DNA of 64,000 bases from Lachnospiraceae bacterium (GTDB lineage: Bacteria > Bacillota > Clostridia > Oscillospirales > CAG-272). A model generated the notes under the pieces. It was not told where the DNA came from. It ran no database searches and was given only the letters and a program-made list of their open reading frames with translations. Where the stretch lies: positions 41,410 through 105,409 of the forward strand of contig JAKSPT010000002.1 in assembly GCA_024404495.1 (NCBI GenBank), read 5' to 3'. Below, piece by piece: positions 37,290-45,752 of this stretch (its first letter is position 1; each line of letters begins with the position of its first letter). A program made the position numbers and the translations under genes.

Positions 37290-37630
37290 CAGACGGCGCG
37301 TCTGCTGCCGCGATGAACGCGGAGGACATCCGGCTGGAGGAGATCCCGACGAAGGATATCAACCGCAAGGCGATGTTGTATTATTACGAGGCGCTTTATC
37401 ACTTCCGCTCGATCATCCCCGATTTTGAAACGATCATCTTTTCGGAGGATGCCGACGACGCCGATCCGGTCGAGCGTTACCGCCGTATCGGGCAGGACGC
37501 CGTGATGACCGCGCTTCTCGCCTGCCGCCACTGCGTGAACGAGATCTGCAAGCGCACCGAGGACGCGCACGAGGAGGACGTGATCGCCGCCTACGGCGAG
37601 TTCCTGCGCACGGTCAGCGAGAAAAAATAA
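36946..37630 (+). repeat. Tandem direct duplication (~340 bp x2, ~90% identity)
   Basis: 36946-37289 versus 37290-37630 (gcgtctgctgccgcgatgaacgcggag...cgcaccgaggacgcgcacgaggagga repeated). Confidence 0.85.
37313..37630 (+). CDS. Duplicated C-terminal module (105 aa) of the upstream gene; independent small gene or gene fragment
   Basis: ~88% amino-acid identity to residues 169-273 of the 36468-37289 product (MNAEDIRLEEIPTKDINRKAMLYYYEALYHFRSIIP...). Confidence 0.4.
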   Translation: MNAEDIRLEEIPTKDINRKAMLYYYEALYHFRSIIPDFETIIFSEDADDADPVERYRRIGQDAVMTALLACRHCVNEICKRTEDAHEEDVIAAYGEFLRTVSEKK

Positions 37631-37791
37631 AAAGCATAAATATTAGCGCGGGAAAAAGATAAAGCGGTGTACAACCCAGTGAAGTGCTATGCGGCGAATG
37701 ATGTTTGATAAGTCAGAACCGGAAAAGCAATGGCATTATACTGATTTGTATACCGCCTTTTCGTTTTGTAAAAAAGAAAGCGCTCGAAATT

Positions 37792-40700
37792 ATGGAAAAA
37801 CAAACAATACAAAAAGAGATTACACGTTTGAAAGAAAAACAGATTTCGCCTTTGGATATTTCTGAAGAAGATAAGTATAATCCGATTCTCGCAAAATATG
37901 AAAGAGAAAGCGGACTTCTTTTGACCGATCGTAGAGGTTTTGATATTATTTCTAACCGGTTCTTTGTTGAAGAACGAATATCGAAAGTGATGCCTCCCTC
38001 CGCTGATTGCTTTCAAGTGGATAATAAATATTTTGATTCGTTTGATGAGTATTATGAGTACCTGAACGGATCGGTATATGACGAATCCTGTTATTCCTTT
38101 TGCCCGGAGGATAAGCTGATTTCAAAATATGAAATCGACAAAGAAAGACTTTTTTCCAAAAAGGCATTTACCACTGAAACGATAGACGAGTATCTTTCAT
38201 TGATTACAGATGCCGAGATGAGCGAATATCGGGAAAGAGAAAAAACTCATAAATTGTGTTGTAATTGGAGAAAAAAGTATCTGAATTGTCACAGCGGAAA
38301 AGACTTGATTGGTCTGATTGATAAGTACAGTCATTCTGTAATCGCAGACACAATGGATTATCAGTTCTTTTTGTCTTGCTATCTGACAGAGTTTTCTCGG
38401 GAAAAATTCTGTTTTGATTCGATAATAGAACTGATGGCTTCTGATATCTATTTGGATAATAGTTTTCTGTCAAGCTTATGCGTTATTTTTGATCCTGAGA
38501 TTATTCTTGATGCCTTAAAGCGATTTCCGCATTCCTATGGGATTAAAAAAATCAGAAAAATTTATCGAGATATTAAGCACAAGATTGGGGACGAAAAGCC
38601 TGTTTTCTATGTGCGTGGGAAATTTGATCCGGCTACACATTTCTTCTGCGAGGAGATATCAGAGTATTCAGGCAATAAATGGGTCGCAACATTTAACAGA
38701 TATTTTGAATCGTTTGAGGATTTTGCAACATACCGTAAAGGCAATCTCAGACATTGTGATTTTTCAAAGTGTCTGGAAAATATGGATAATATCGATTATT
38801 CCGGATATATGATTGATGAAACCACCGTATTGCCACTGCTTTCATATCATAAATGTCGCTATGAAATAAGCAAAAGATACCGGAAGAATGAATTTCTGGT
38901 ATCCATTCGTTGGTATGATACCAATGAGAATGAAGTTAAAACCGTCAAAAAAAGCTTTCAATATTTTTTTGATTTCGTTTCGTTTTTGAAAAACGATTTA
39001 TCTGATGCCTATTTGATTTCCTGCGACGGCTTACAGAATCTCGAGAGCGGTTCGGACATTGATTTTACGGGTGTAAGATTAACAAGCAATCTTTGCAAAA
39101 AGATGCATATCAAATATGAGCCCTGCTCGCTTTTGCTTGGTAGCGCATGGAGTTTTGCGGAAACAGAACGAAATGAAAAAGAAACAGAACTGATTTTATC
39201 TGAAAGCAGAGAAATCGTAAGTTCTCACGAAGATAAAAGTTTGTTGGGCTTCACGGATTACGACAGTCATTGTCAAAGAGTTCATTATATTTCCGATCTT
39301 CATTTGATGCATAAAATAATGAATGCCGGATGCGTCACCGAAAACGACGTGTTTTATGTGATTGATAAAATTGCCAGAACAATCGCCGAAGAAGCAGAGT
39401 CTCTTTTGTTGATTGCCGGAGATGTGTCCTCTGATTTCAACATTTTTCGCTTGTTTGTGAAATGTCTATCAGCGGCGAAAAGTTCGCAGTGTGTCGTTGT
39501 TTTTACTCTCGGAAATCATGATTTGTGGGGTATTGGAGGAAAAACCTTTTCGGAAATAACAGGAATATATCGTGAGCTAATAGAAAAGCACGGTATGTAT
39601 CTGCTTCAAAACGGTATTCTGTATCGGAATGACTATAGGATATGGGAGAATCCGTCAGCAAGCGTAAGAACGATACCATACGAAGATCTTTGCAGAAAAA
39701 CAGATAAACAGTTAACAGATGATTTGAGAAAGGCGCGATATGTGATTTTTGGCGGTCTGGGTTTTTCCGGACAGAATGAAATCTTCAATGCAAATCAAGG
39801 AATATATCTGGATGTGGTGACAAGAGAGGAAGAAATCAAAGAATCGGAAAAATTTGCTCATTTATATGACCGGTTGCTTCCCATCCTGACTACGAAAAAC
39901 GCCATAATAATGACGCATACCCCGAAAAGCGATTGGAGCGAAAACGGCGACTGCGATGATAATCTGGTATTTGTAAACGGACACACTCATAAAAATCAGT
40001 TTTATGATGACGGGTGCTATCGCCTTTATGCGGACAATCAGATTGGTTACAGCAATAAAAATCCTCATTTGAAATCATTATTGCTGGATGGCGATTATGA
40101 TTGTTTTTCGGACTATGATGACGGAATTTATTCGATTACCAGGGAACAGTATTGTGATTTCTATCGCGGAAAAAACATAATGATGACGTTTACGCGAGAT
40201 TACCCGATTACGATGTTGAAAAAAAGAGGGTATTACTGCTTTTTGGTTCAAACGAAGAAGGGCGTCTTGTCGATATTGAACGGCGGAAGTATGAAACCTC
40301 TTCCCGGAAATAGCGTTCAGTATTTCTATGATAATATGGGTTCTGTAATTGCCAATATAAATACCCCGCTTATGAAATACACAGAATATCAAAAAGTAGT
40401 CGCGGATGAAATAAAAAAGATCGGCGGCGACGGGACGATCCACGGGTGCATTGTGGATATTGACAAGTGTAATCATATTTATGTAAACCCTATAGATAAA
40501 AAGCTGACGGCATATTATGCTCCAAAAGATATAATCGACAAAACAGTATACCCATCCATTGTTTCTTTATTGGAAGAACAATGCCCTAAACTGTATCAAA
40601 TATATGAACGTTTAATGCTGGCAGAAGGACAACCAAATGCACTAATACAACAGCAAAATGGTTCGACCAAACCAACAAAATATTTGAGTACGGATATCTA

Positions 40701-40842
40701 TGAAGCGTCACGTGTCATAAAAAAGATGCAGAAAATTCATTCCAATATTTTGAGCATTTGGGCTGAAACTTCTGATGAAATTATCGACCTTACGAAAACA
40801 AATGCGATTCCAAGCGAGTATGAATGGTTGTTGCAAAACTAA
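37792..40842 (+). CDS. Large (1016 aa) protein with a C-terminal calcineurin-like metallophosphoesterase domain, on an AT-rich island
   Basis: MPP motifs in order: HYISDLHL, IAGDVSSD, LGNHD, GGLGFSG, MTHTP, NGHTH. N-terminal ~500 aa without recognisable motifs. Start trimmed to MEKQTIQ at 37792. Codon usage and GC differ clearly from neighbours. Confidence 0.6.
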   Translation: MEKQTIQKEITRLKEKQISPLDISEEDKYNPILAKYERESGLLLTDRRGFDIISNRFFVEERISKVMPPSADCFQVDNKYFDSFDEYYEYLNGSVYDESCYSFCPEDKLISKYEIDKERLFSKKAFTTETIDEYLSLITDAEMSEYREREKTHKLCCNWRKKYLNCHSGKDLIGLIDKYSHSVIADTMDYQFFLSCYLTEFSREKFCFDSIIELMASDIYLDNSFLSSLCVIFDPEIILDALKRFPHSYGIKKIRKIYRDIKHKIGDEKPVFYVRGKFDPATHFFCEEISEYSGNKWVATFNRYFESFEDFATYRKGNLRHCDFSKCLENMDNIDYSGYMIDETTVLPLLSYHKCRYEISKRYRKNEFLVSIRWYDTNENEVKTVKKSFQYFFDFVSFLKNDLSDAYLISCDGLQNLESGSDIDFTGVRLTSNLCKKMHIKYEPCSLLLGSAWSFAETERNEKETELILSESREIVSSHEDKSLLGFTDYDSHCQRVHYISDLHLMHKIMNAGCVTENDVFYVIDKIARTIAEEAESLLLIAGDVSSDFNIFRLFVKCLSAAKSSQCVVVFTLGNHDLWGIGGKTFSEITGIYRELIEKHGMYLLQNGILYRNDYRIWENPSASVRTIPYEDLCRKTDKQLTDDLRKARYVIFGGLGFSGQNEIFNANQGIYLDVVTREEEIKESEKFAHLYDRLLPILTTKNAIIMTHTPKSDWSENGDCDDNLVFVNGHTHKNQFYDDGCYRLYADNQIGYSNKNPHLKSLLLDGDYDCFSDYDDGIYSITREQYCDFYRGKNIMMTFTRDYPITMLKKRGYYCFLVQTKKGVLSILNGGSMKPLPGNSVQYFYDNMGSVIANINTPLMKYTEYQKVVADEIKKIGGDGTIHGCIVDIDKCNHIYVNPIDKKLTAYYAPKDIIDKTVYPSIVSLLEEQCPKLYQIYERLMLAEGQPNALIQQQNGSTKPTKYLSTDIYEASRVIKKMQKIHSNILSIWAETSDEIIDLTKTNAIPSEYEWLLQN

Positions 40843-40887
40843 AACAGAATGTTTTTACGGGTTTTCAAACAATCCTCGTCTATCGAA

Positions 40888-40925
40888 TAAAAGAAAAGCG
40901 CGGATACCGTGAGGTGTCCGCGCTT
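40888..40925. terminator. Bidirectional terminator between the island gene and aroA
   Basis: aaagcgcggatacc-gtgag-gtgtccgcgcttt flanked by A/T runs. Confidence 0.65.
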
Positions 40926-40929
40926 TGAT

Positions 40930-42156
40930 TTACAGGAGAGAAGCGGAAAGTCCGAGCGTTTTCAGCGTGTCATAATAGGCGGGAAAGCTCTTGTTCACCG
41001 CCTCCGCGCCGTCAAGAACGCCGCCGAAGCGGGAAAGGATGACCGAAAGCGCCATGACGATCCGGTGATCGTTATGGGAGGATAGGGGAACGGAGGGGGC
41101 GCGGAGCTGACCGCCGGGGACGGTGACGCTGTCCTTTCCGACCGAAAGCGTCACGCCGCACTTTTTCAGCTCTTCCTCCATCGCCGCGACGCGGTCGCAT
41201 TCTTTCAGCCGGAGTCTTTCGGTGTGAACGAACCGCGCGCCGTGTTCCGAAGCCGCGGCGGCAAACAGAACGGGACCGAGGTCGGGGCAGTCGGCAAGGT
41301 CGATTTCCGGCGTGCCACTCCGGAGCGCCTCAAGGTGTCTGACGGCGATCTTATCTCCCTGCAGGCTGTCCGGATCAAGTCCGATGACGGTAACGTCCGG
41401 TCCGAGAGCGAGCAGAGCGGCGGCGTTCGACCAGTCGCCCTCGACGGTAAACGACGACGGACGGCAGGTCTGATCGCCGGGAACGGAATACGAATATTGC
41501 CCGTTCCGTTCGATCCGGATGCCGAAAGCCCGCAGAACGGAGAGGGTCATTTCAATATAGGGGGCGCTCGTGACGGGGGGCAGAACGGTCAGTGTGCTGT
41601 CTCCGTGCAGAAGCGGCAGAGCAAGGAGCAGCCCCGACGCGAACTGGCTGCTTTCTGCGCCGGAAATGACGAAATTCCCCGGGCGGAGTCCCCCGCATAC
41701 GGTCAGGGAACGTGCCGAGCGGGAAAAGGTCAGTCCCTGCTCCGCGGCGATCTTTTCATATACGCCGAGCGGGCGGGAAAGGAGCCGCTCCGTGCCGGTA
41801 AACACGGTTTTTCCCTTCAGCGACATGGCGAGCGGGATCAGAAAACGCAGGGTGCTGCCCGACTCGTAACAGTCGAGGGGAAGAGACGGAAGATCGAATT
41901 TCCGTCCGGACCCGCGGACAACGCTCCGGTCAAAGCCCCGTACCGTAGCCGTCCCGTCTTCGGAGACGTTGATCCCCGTGCCGAGCGTGCGCAGACAGGT
42001 CAGCTCTGCGGCGATATCGTCGGACTCCGAAATTCCTCCGATCCTGCTTTCCCCGTCGGCAAGCGCCGCGCAGATCAGACAGCGGTGCGCATAGCTTTTG
42101 GAGGGCGGCGCGGAAACGGTTCCGGACGCGCGGGAGGGTTGGAAAACGACGTTCAT
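40930..42156 (-). CDS. aroA: 3-phosphoshikimate 1-carboxyvinyltransferase (EPSP synthase)
   Basis: N-terminus ...SGTVSAPPSKSYAHRCLICAALADGESRI and the overall EPSP synthase pattern. Confidence 0.85.
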   Translation of the reverse strand: MNVVFQPSRASGTVSAPPSKSYAHRCLICAALADGESRIGGISESDDIAAELTCLRTLGTGINVSEDGTATVRGFDRSVVRGSGRKFDLPSLPLDCYESGSTLRFLIPLAMSLKGKTVFTGTERLLSRPLGVYEKIAAEQGLTFSRSARSLTVCGGLRPGNFVISGAESSQFASGLLLALPLLHGDSTLTVLPPVTSAPYIEMTLSVLRAFGIRIERNGQYSYSVPGDQTCRPSSFTVEGDWSNAAALLALGPDVTVIGLDPDSLQGDKIAVRHLEALRSGTPEIDLADCPDLGPVLFAAAASEHGARFVHTERLRLKECDRVAAMEEELKKCGVTLSVGKDSVTVPGGQLRAPSVPLSSHNDHRIVMALSVILSRFGGVLDGAEAVNKSFPAYYDTLKTLGLSASLL

Positions 42157-42160
42157 TGTT

Positions 42161-42604
42161 TTAAGACCTCTCCCGATCGGTGCCTTTCAGAAGGCGGATC
42201 GCGTCGAGGTAACCGTCAAAACCCCGACCGGAAACGGTTCCGACGCAGACGCCGCGAAGGAAACTGACCTGACGGAAATCCTCTCTTGCCGAAACGTCGG
42301 AAATATGCACTTCGACCGTCGGGATCCCGACCGACGCGATCGCGTCGCGGAGGGCGACCGAGGTATGGGTGAAGGCGCCGGGATTGATGACGATGCCTTC
42401 GGTCCCGTCGAAATACGCCTGCGCGATCCGGTCGGCGAGCTCCCCCTCGTGATTCGACTGAAAGAAGGAGACGGTATCCCCGTTTTCCGCAGCGTCTGCG
42501 CGGAGCAGGGAAACGAGATCGGCGTAGGAGGAGGTCCCGTAGATCTCCGGTTCCCGGATGCCGAGCAGGTGCAGGTTCGCGCCGTTGACGACGAGTATCT
42601 TCAT
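42161..42604 (-). CDS. aroQ: Type II 3-dehydroquinate dehydratase
   Basis: 147 aa; MKILVVNGANL...FQSNHEGEL...VHISDVSAREDFRQ motifs. Confidence 0.85.
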   Translation of the reverse strand: MKILVVNGANLHLLGIREPEIYGTSSYADLVSLLRADAAENGDTVSFFQSNHEGELADRIAQAYFDGTEGIVINPGAFTHTSVALRDAIASVGIPTVEVHISDVSAREDFRQVSFLRGVCVGTVSGRGFDGYLDAIRLLKGTDRERS

Positions 42605-42616
42605 GGGGGGCTCCTT

Positions 42617-43852
42617 TCAGATCAGATTCTTGCCGAGCAGATCGGCGATGACTTCCGAGACCGTTCCGGAGGCGTCGATGCGCAGATCGGCTGCCGCCTC
42701 GTAGATCGGACGGCGTTCGCGATAAAGCGCCGCAAGCTTTTCCGCGTCGCTTGAAAGCGGGCGCCTTGCGCTCGGGCGGAGCAGGGAAAGCGGGCGGTCG
42801 AGCCAGACGAGGACGCCGTTTTTCTTCAGCGCGGCGACGTTCTCCTCCCGCAGTACCGTTCCGCCGCCGACCGCGATCACCGAGGAATTTTCCCCGGCGA
42901 TCCCGGCGACGGTCTCCGCCTCCGCGTCGCGGAAGGCTTTTTCGCCGTGAATGCCGATATACGCCGCCGGGGAAAGCGCGTATTTTTCCCGGAAAAGCGC
43001 GTCGGTATCGAAAAAACGCTTTTCGGAAAGGAAGGCTGCCTTTTTTCCGACCGTGGATTTCCCGCAGGTCGGCATCCCGATGAGAACGAGATTCCGCTTT
43101 TTCCGGAGCAGAGCACGGTAAACGGCTTCCGTATCGGCGGGGGCACGGTCGGGAAAGAAAAGCGACGCGGCGGCGACCGCCTGCGAAACGAGCATATAGA
43201 GCCCGCCCGCGGTTTTCAGCCCGCGCTTTTCCGCTTCGAGGAGAAGCGTGGTGCGGAGCGGATTGTAAACGACGTCGACCACGCCTTCCAGCTTCGGGAA
43301 AAGGTCCGGGTCGGTCGGCGCGGGCGCGAGCTCCGGGTACATTCCGCAGGGAGTGGCGTTGAGAAGGATCTCCGCGTCGGCGTGACGCGAAGCGGCGTCG
43401 GCGTAGGTGACCGCGCCGTCCCTTCCCGTCCGGCTGACCCGCACGATCTCGCGGGCGCCGAGATCCTCCGCGACGGCAGAGGCGGTTTTCGCCGTGCCTC
43501 CGGTGCCGAGGATCAGGACCTTTTTCGCTTTCAGGTCGATTTTTTCGCGGGAAAGCAGCGCGGAAAGCCCGATATAATCGGTGTTGTCGCCGTAAAGTCT
43601 GCCGTCCCGGCGGACGACCGTATTGACGGCGCCGATCCGTCCGGCACGGTCTGAGATCCCGTCGAGATACGGGATGACCGCCTGCTTATACGGGATCGTG
43701 ACGTTGACTCCCTTGAAATCCGCGTCGGCGAAGAAGCCCGGCAGCTCGTCTTCGCGGAGCTGCTTCAGTTCATACCGGTAACCGCCGATCAGACGGTGGA
43801 TCTCCTCGGAGTAACTGTGTCCGAGCGGATTGCCGATACAGCCGTATTCCAT
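42617..43852 (-). CDS. aroE/aroK: Fused shikimate dehydrogenase (AroE) and shikimate kinase (AroK)
   Basis: N-terminal AroE pattern (MEYGCIGNPLGHSYS...NVTIPYKQ...GAVNTV), C-terminal kinase P-loop NLVLIGMPTCGKSTVGK. Start trimmed to 43852 (GGAGG RBS); the 595-aa ORF to 44404 is an Arg-rich artefact. Confidence 0.8.
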   Translation of the reverse strand: MEYGCIGNPLGHSYSEEIHRLIGGYRYELKQLREDELPGFFADADFKGVNVTIPYKQAVIPYLDGISDRAGRIGAVNTVVRRDGRLYGDNTDYIGLSALLSREKIDLKAKKVLILGTGGTAKTASAVAEDLGAREIVRVSRTGRDGAVTYADAASRHADAEILLNATPCGMYPELAPAPTDPDLFPKLEGVVDVVYNPLRTTLLLEAEKRGLKTAGGLYMLVSQAVAAASLFFPDRAPADTEAVYRALLRKKRNLVLIGMPTCGKSTVGKKAAFLSEKRFFDTDALFREKYALSPAAYIGIHGEKAFRDAEAETVAGIAGENSSVIAVGGGTVLREENVAALKKNGVLVWLDRPLSLLRPSARRPLSSDAEKLAALYRERRPIYEAAADLRIDASGTVSEVIADLLGKNLI

Positions 43853-43872
43853 CAGAGAACCTCCTGCGTTTT

Positions 43873-44967
43873 TTATTTCTGCGCGATCCAGTCGGTGCCG
43901 TAGCGGGTCGCGAGCAGATCGGCGAGGACGATGGCGGTCACGCCGTCCACGACCGCGCGCGCCCGGTGGACGATGGCGGGATCGTGTCTGCCGCAGAGCT
44001 TGAGCGGCATCGGCTCCCCGGTGACGAGGTCGACCGATTCCTGCTCCCGGAAAATGGAGGGGGTCGGCTTGATCGCCGTGCGGAACACGATCGGCATTCC
44101 GGTCGTGATGCCGCCGAGAATGCCGCCGCAGCGGTTCGTTTTCGTGACGATCTTCCCGTTTTCCACCGTGAAGGGATCGTTTGCCTGACTGCCGCGCAGC
44201 TCGGCGAGCCCAAAGCCGCCGCCGAATTCCACGCCCTTGACGGCAGGGATCGAATAGAGCGCGTGCGCGAAAACGCCCTCCACCGAGTCGAACCACGGCT
44301 CTCCCACGCCGGCAGGCATTCCGATGACGGCGGTTTCGAGGATCCCGCCGACGCTGTCGCCGTCGGCGGCGGCTTCGAGGATCGCCGCCTTCATCTTTTT
44401 GCACGCCTCGTCGTCAAGGATCGGAAAGACCTTGGAATTGAGGGCGGGAACGTCCTTATCGAGGTCGCCGAAGGGGATATCGTCGATCCCGGCGACCCGT
44501 GCGGCGTGCGTACCGATCTGAATGCCCTTCTTTTCGAGCGCGCTCATCAGGATCGCGCCGCCCGCGACGAGGGCTGCCGTCACTCTGCCGCTGAAATGCC
44601 CGCCGCCGTAGGGATTTTCAAAGCCGTGGTACTTGACGTGCCCGGTATAGTCGGCGTGGCCCGGGCGGGGGAGGCGTATCGTTTTTTCATAATCCCCGGA
44701 GCGGGCACACTCGTTCGGGATCATGATGCAGAGCGGCGTTCCGGTCGTTTTGCCGTTCCAGACGCCCGAAATGATCTGAAAGCGGTCGGGTTCTCTGCGC
44801 GAGGTCGAAACCGCTCCGGTCGGGCGGCGGAGAGAGAGGCGGGAACGGATATAATTCTCGTCAACTTCAAGCCCGGGGGCGATGCCGTCGAGAATGATGC
44901 CGAGTCCGGGGCCGTGGCTTTCGCCGAATATCGTCGCGGTAACGGAGCTGCCGAAGGTATTTTTCAT
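43873..44967 (-). CDS. aroC: Chorismate synthase
   Basis: FGESHGPGLGIILDG...GRSSARET-like core (RLPRPGHADYTG). Confidence 0.85.
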   Translation of the reverse strand: MKNTFGSSVTATIFGESHGPGLGIILDGIAPGLEVDENYIRSRLSLRRPTGAVSTSRREPDRFQIISGVWNGKTTGTPLCIMIPNECARSGDYEKTIRLPRPGHADYTGHVKYHGFENPYGGGHFSGRVTAALVAGGAILMSALEKKGIQIGTHAARVAGIDDIPFGDLDKDVPALNSKVFPILDDEACKKMKAAILEAAADGDSVGGILETAVIGMPAGVGEPWFDSVEGVFAHALYSIPAVKGVEFGGGFGLAELRGSQANDPFTVENGKIVTKTNRCGGILGGITTGMPIVFRTAIKPTPSIFREQESVDLVTGEPMPLKLCGRHDPAIVHRARAVVDGVTAIVLADLLATRYGTDWIAQK

Positions 44968-45053
44968 TTGTTGATCGTCCTTTCGGGAGGTCTCTGCCGG
45001 AGATTGCCCGGCAAAGTGGAAAAACGTTTAACCAAAGATTACCGTACGTCTTT

Positions 45054-45082
45054 ATTATACAGCACGGAAATCCCGTTGTCAA
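45054..45082 (-). promoter_or_regulatory. Consensus sigma70 promoter of the aroC operon (minus strand)
   Basis: The rc reads TTGACA (45082-45077), 17-nt spacer, TATAAT (45059-45054), ~85 nt upstream of aroC. Confidence 0.7.
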
Positions 45083-45224
45083 GAATAAGGTTCTTCATTC
45101 ATATCGGGGTTTTGGAACGGCGGGGGTAAGAACAACCGGACCGAAAAGAAAAGCGGACGCGCCCGGAGAGGCTTTGTTCTCTTCCGTTTCCTTTCTCTCA
45201 ACGGGACACCTCATACAGATCAGC

Positions 45225-45705
45225 TTCGGGTTCTGCTTTCCTCGTTCTCGCCCGCGTGACTTCGGGCGATGTCGTAGGGCGGGGCCTTGTGTCCCGCCGC
45301 GACAGGAGAGCGAGCGGCAGGGCAGAGAGCGTAATACGTCACGAGCCGGGATACGAAGAGCGGTTCTTTTCCGGAATAATGATTGGTTCTATGGGTTGAT
45401 TATGATTCCTTTGATTTATGCCGCCGCAGCGGCTGAATTCGGGATCTGAAAGGGAAGAGCGATTTCTCCGTATCAAGCACGGTGACGTACCCTGCTCACC
45501 ACTTCGCCTTTTGCCTGATTTATCGCGGCGGGACACAAGGCCCCGCCCTACGACGCATTCCGTTTGCGCTTCGGACGCGCTCGAAGACGGGCGTCAGCGC
45601 GCTACGACGCGTTCCGTTTGCGCTCCGGACGCGCTCGAAGGGCGTCGTCTGAAGAGAAGCAGACGCGGAAGAAGGCAATCAATCTTCACGCACCAAAAAA
45701 GCAGA
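45225..45705 (+). repeat. Copy B of the GC-hairpin terminal-inverted-repeat element family; internal segment inverted relative to copy D
   Basis: Left repeat 45273-45301, right repeat 45524-45552. The internal 222 bp equal the rc of copy D's internal segment plus a ~95-bp insertion bounded by gaagagcg direct repeats. The right arm carries a tandem ~55-bp duplication (ctacgacgcattccgtttgcgcttcggacgcgctcgaag... twice). Confidence 0.85.
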
Positions 45706-45716
45706 AAGAACCAATA

Positions 45717-45750
45717 AAAAAGAACCGTTTCCGGTCGGAAACGGTTCGGA
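45717..45750 (-). terminator. Rho-independent terminator of the DUF3737-like gene
   Basis: The rc reads aaccgtttccg-accg-gaaacggtt followed by cttttttatt. Confidence 0.7.
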
Positions 45751-45752
45751 CG

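Noticed and set aside
42617-44404. 595-aa ORF for aroE/K extending to 44404
   Set aside because: The first 183 aa are an Arg-rich read-through that overlaps aroC on the same strand; the real start is MEYGCIG at 43852 with a GGAGG RBS.
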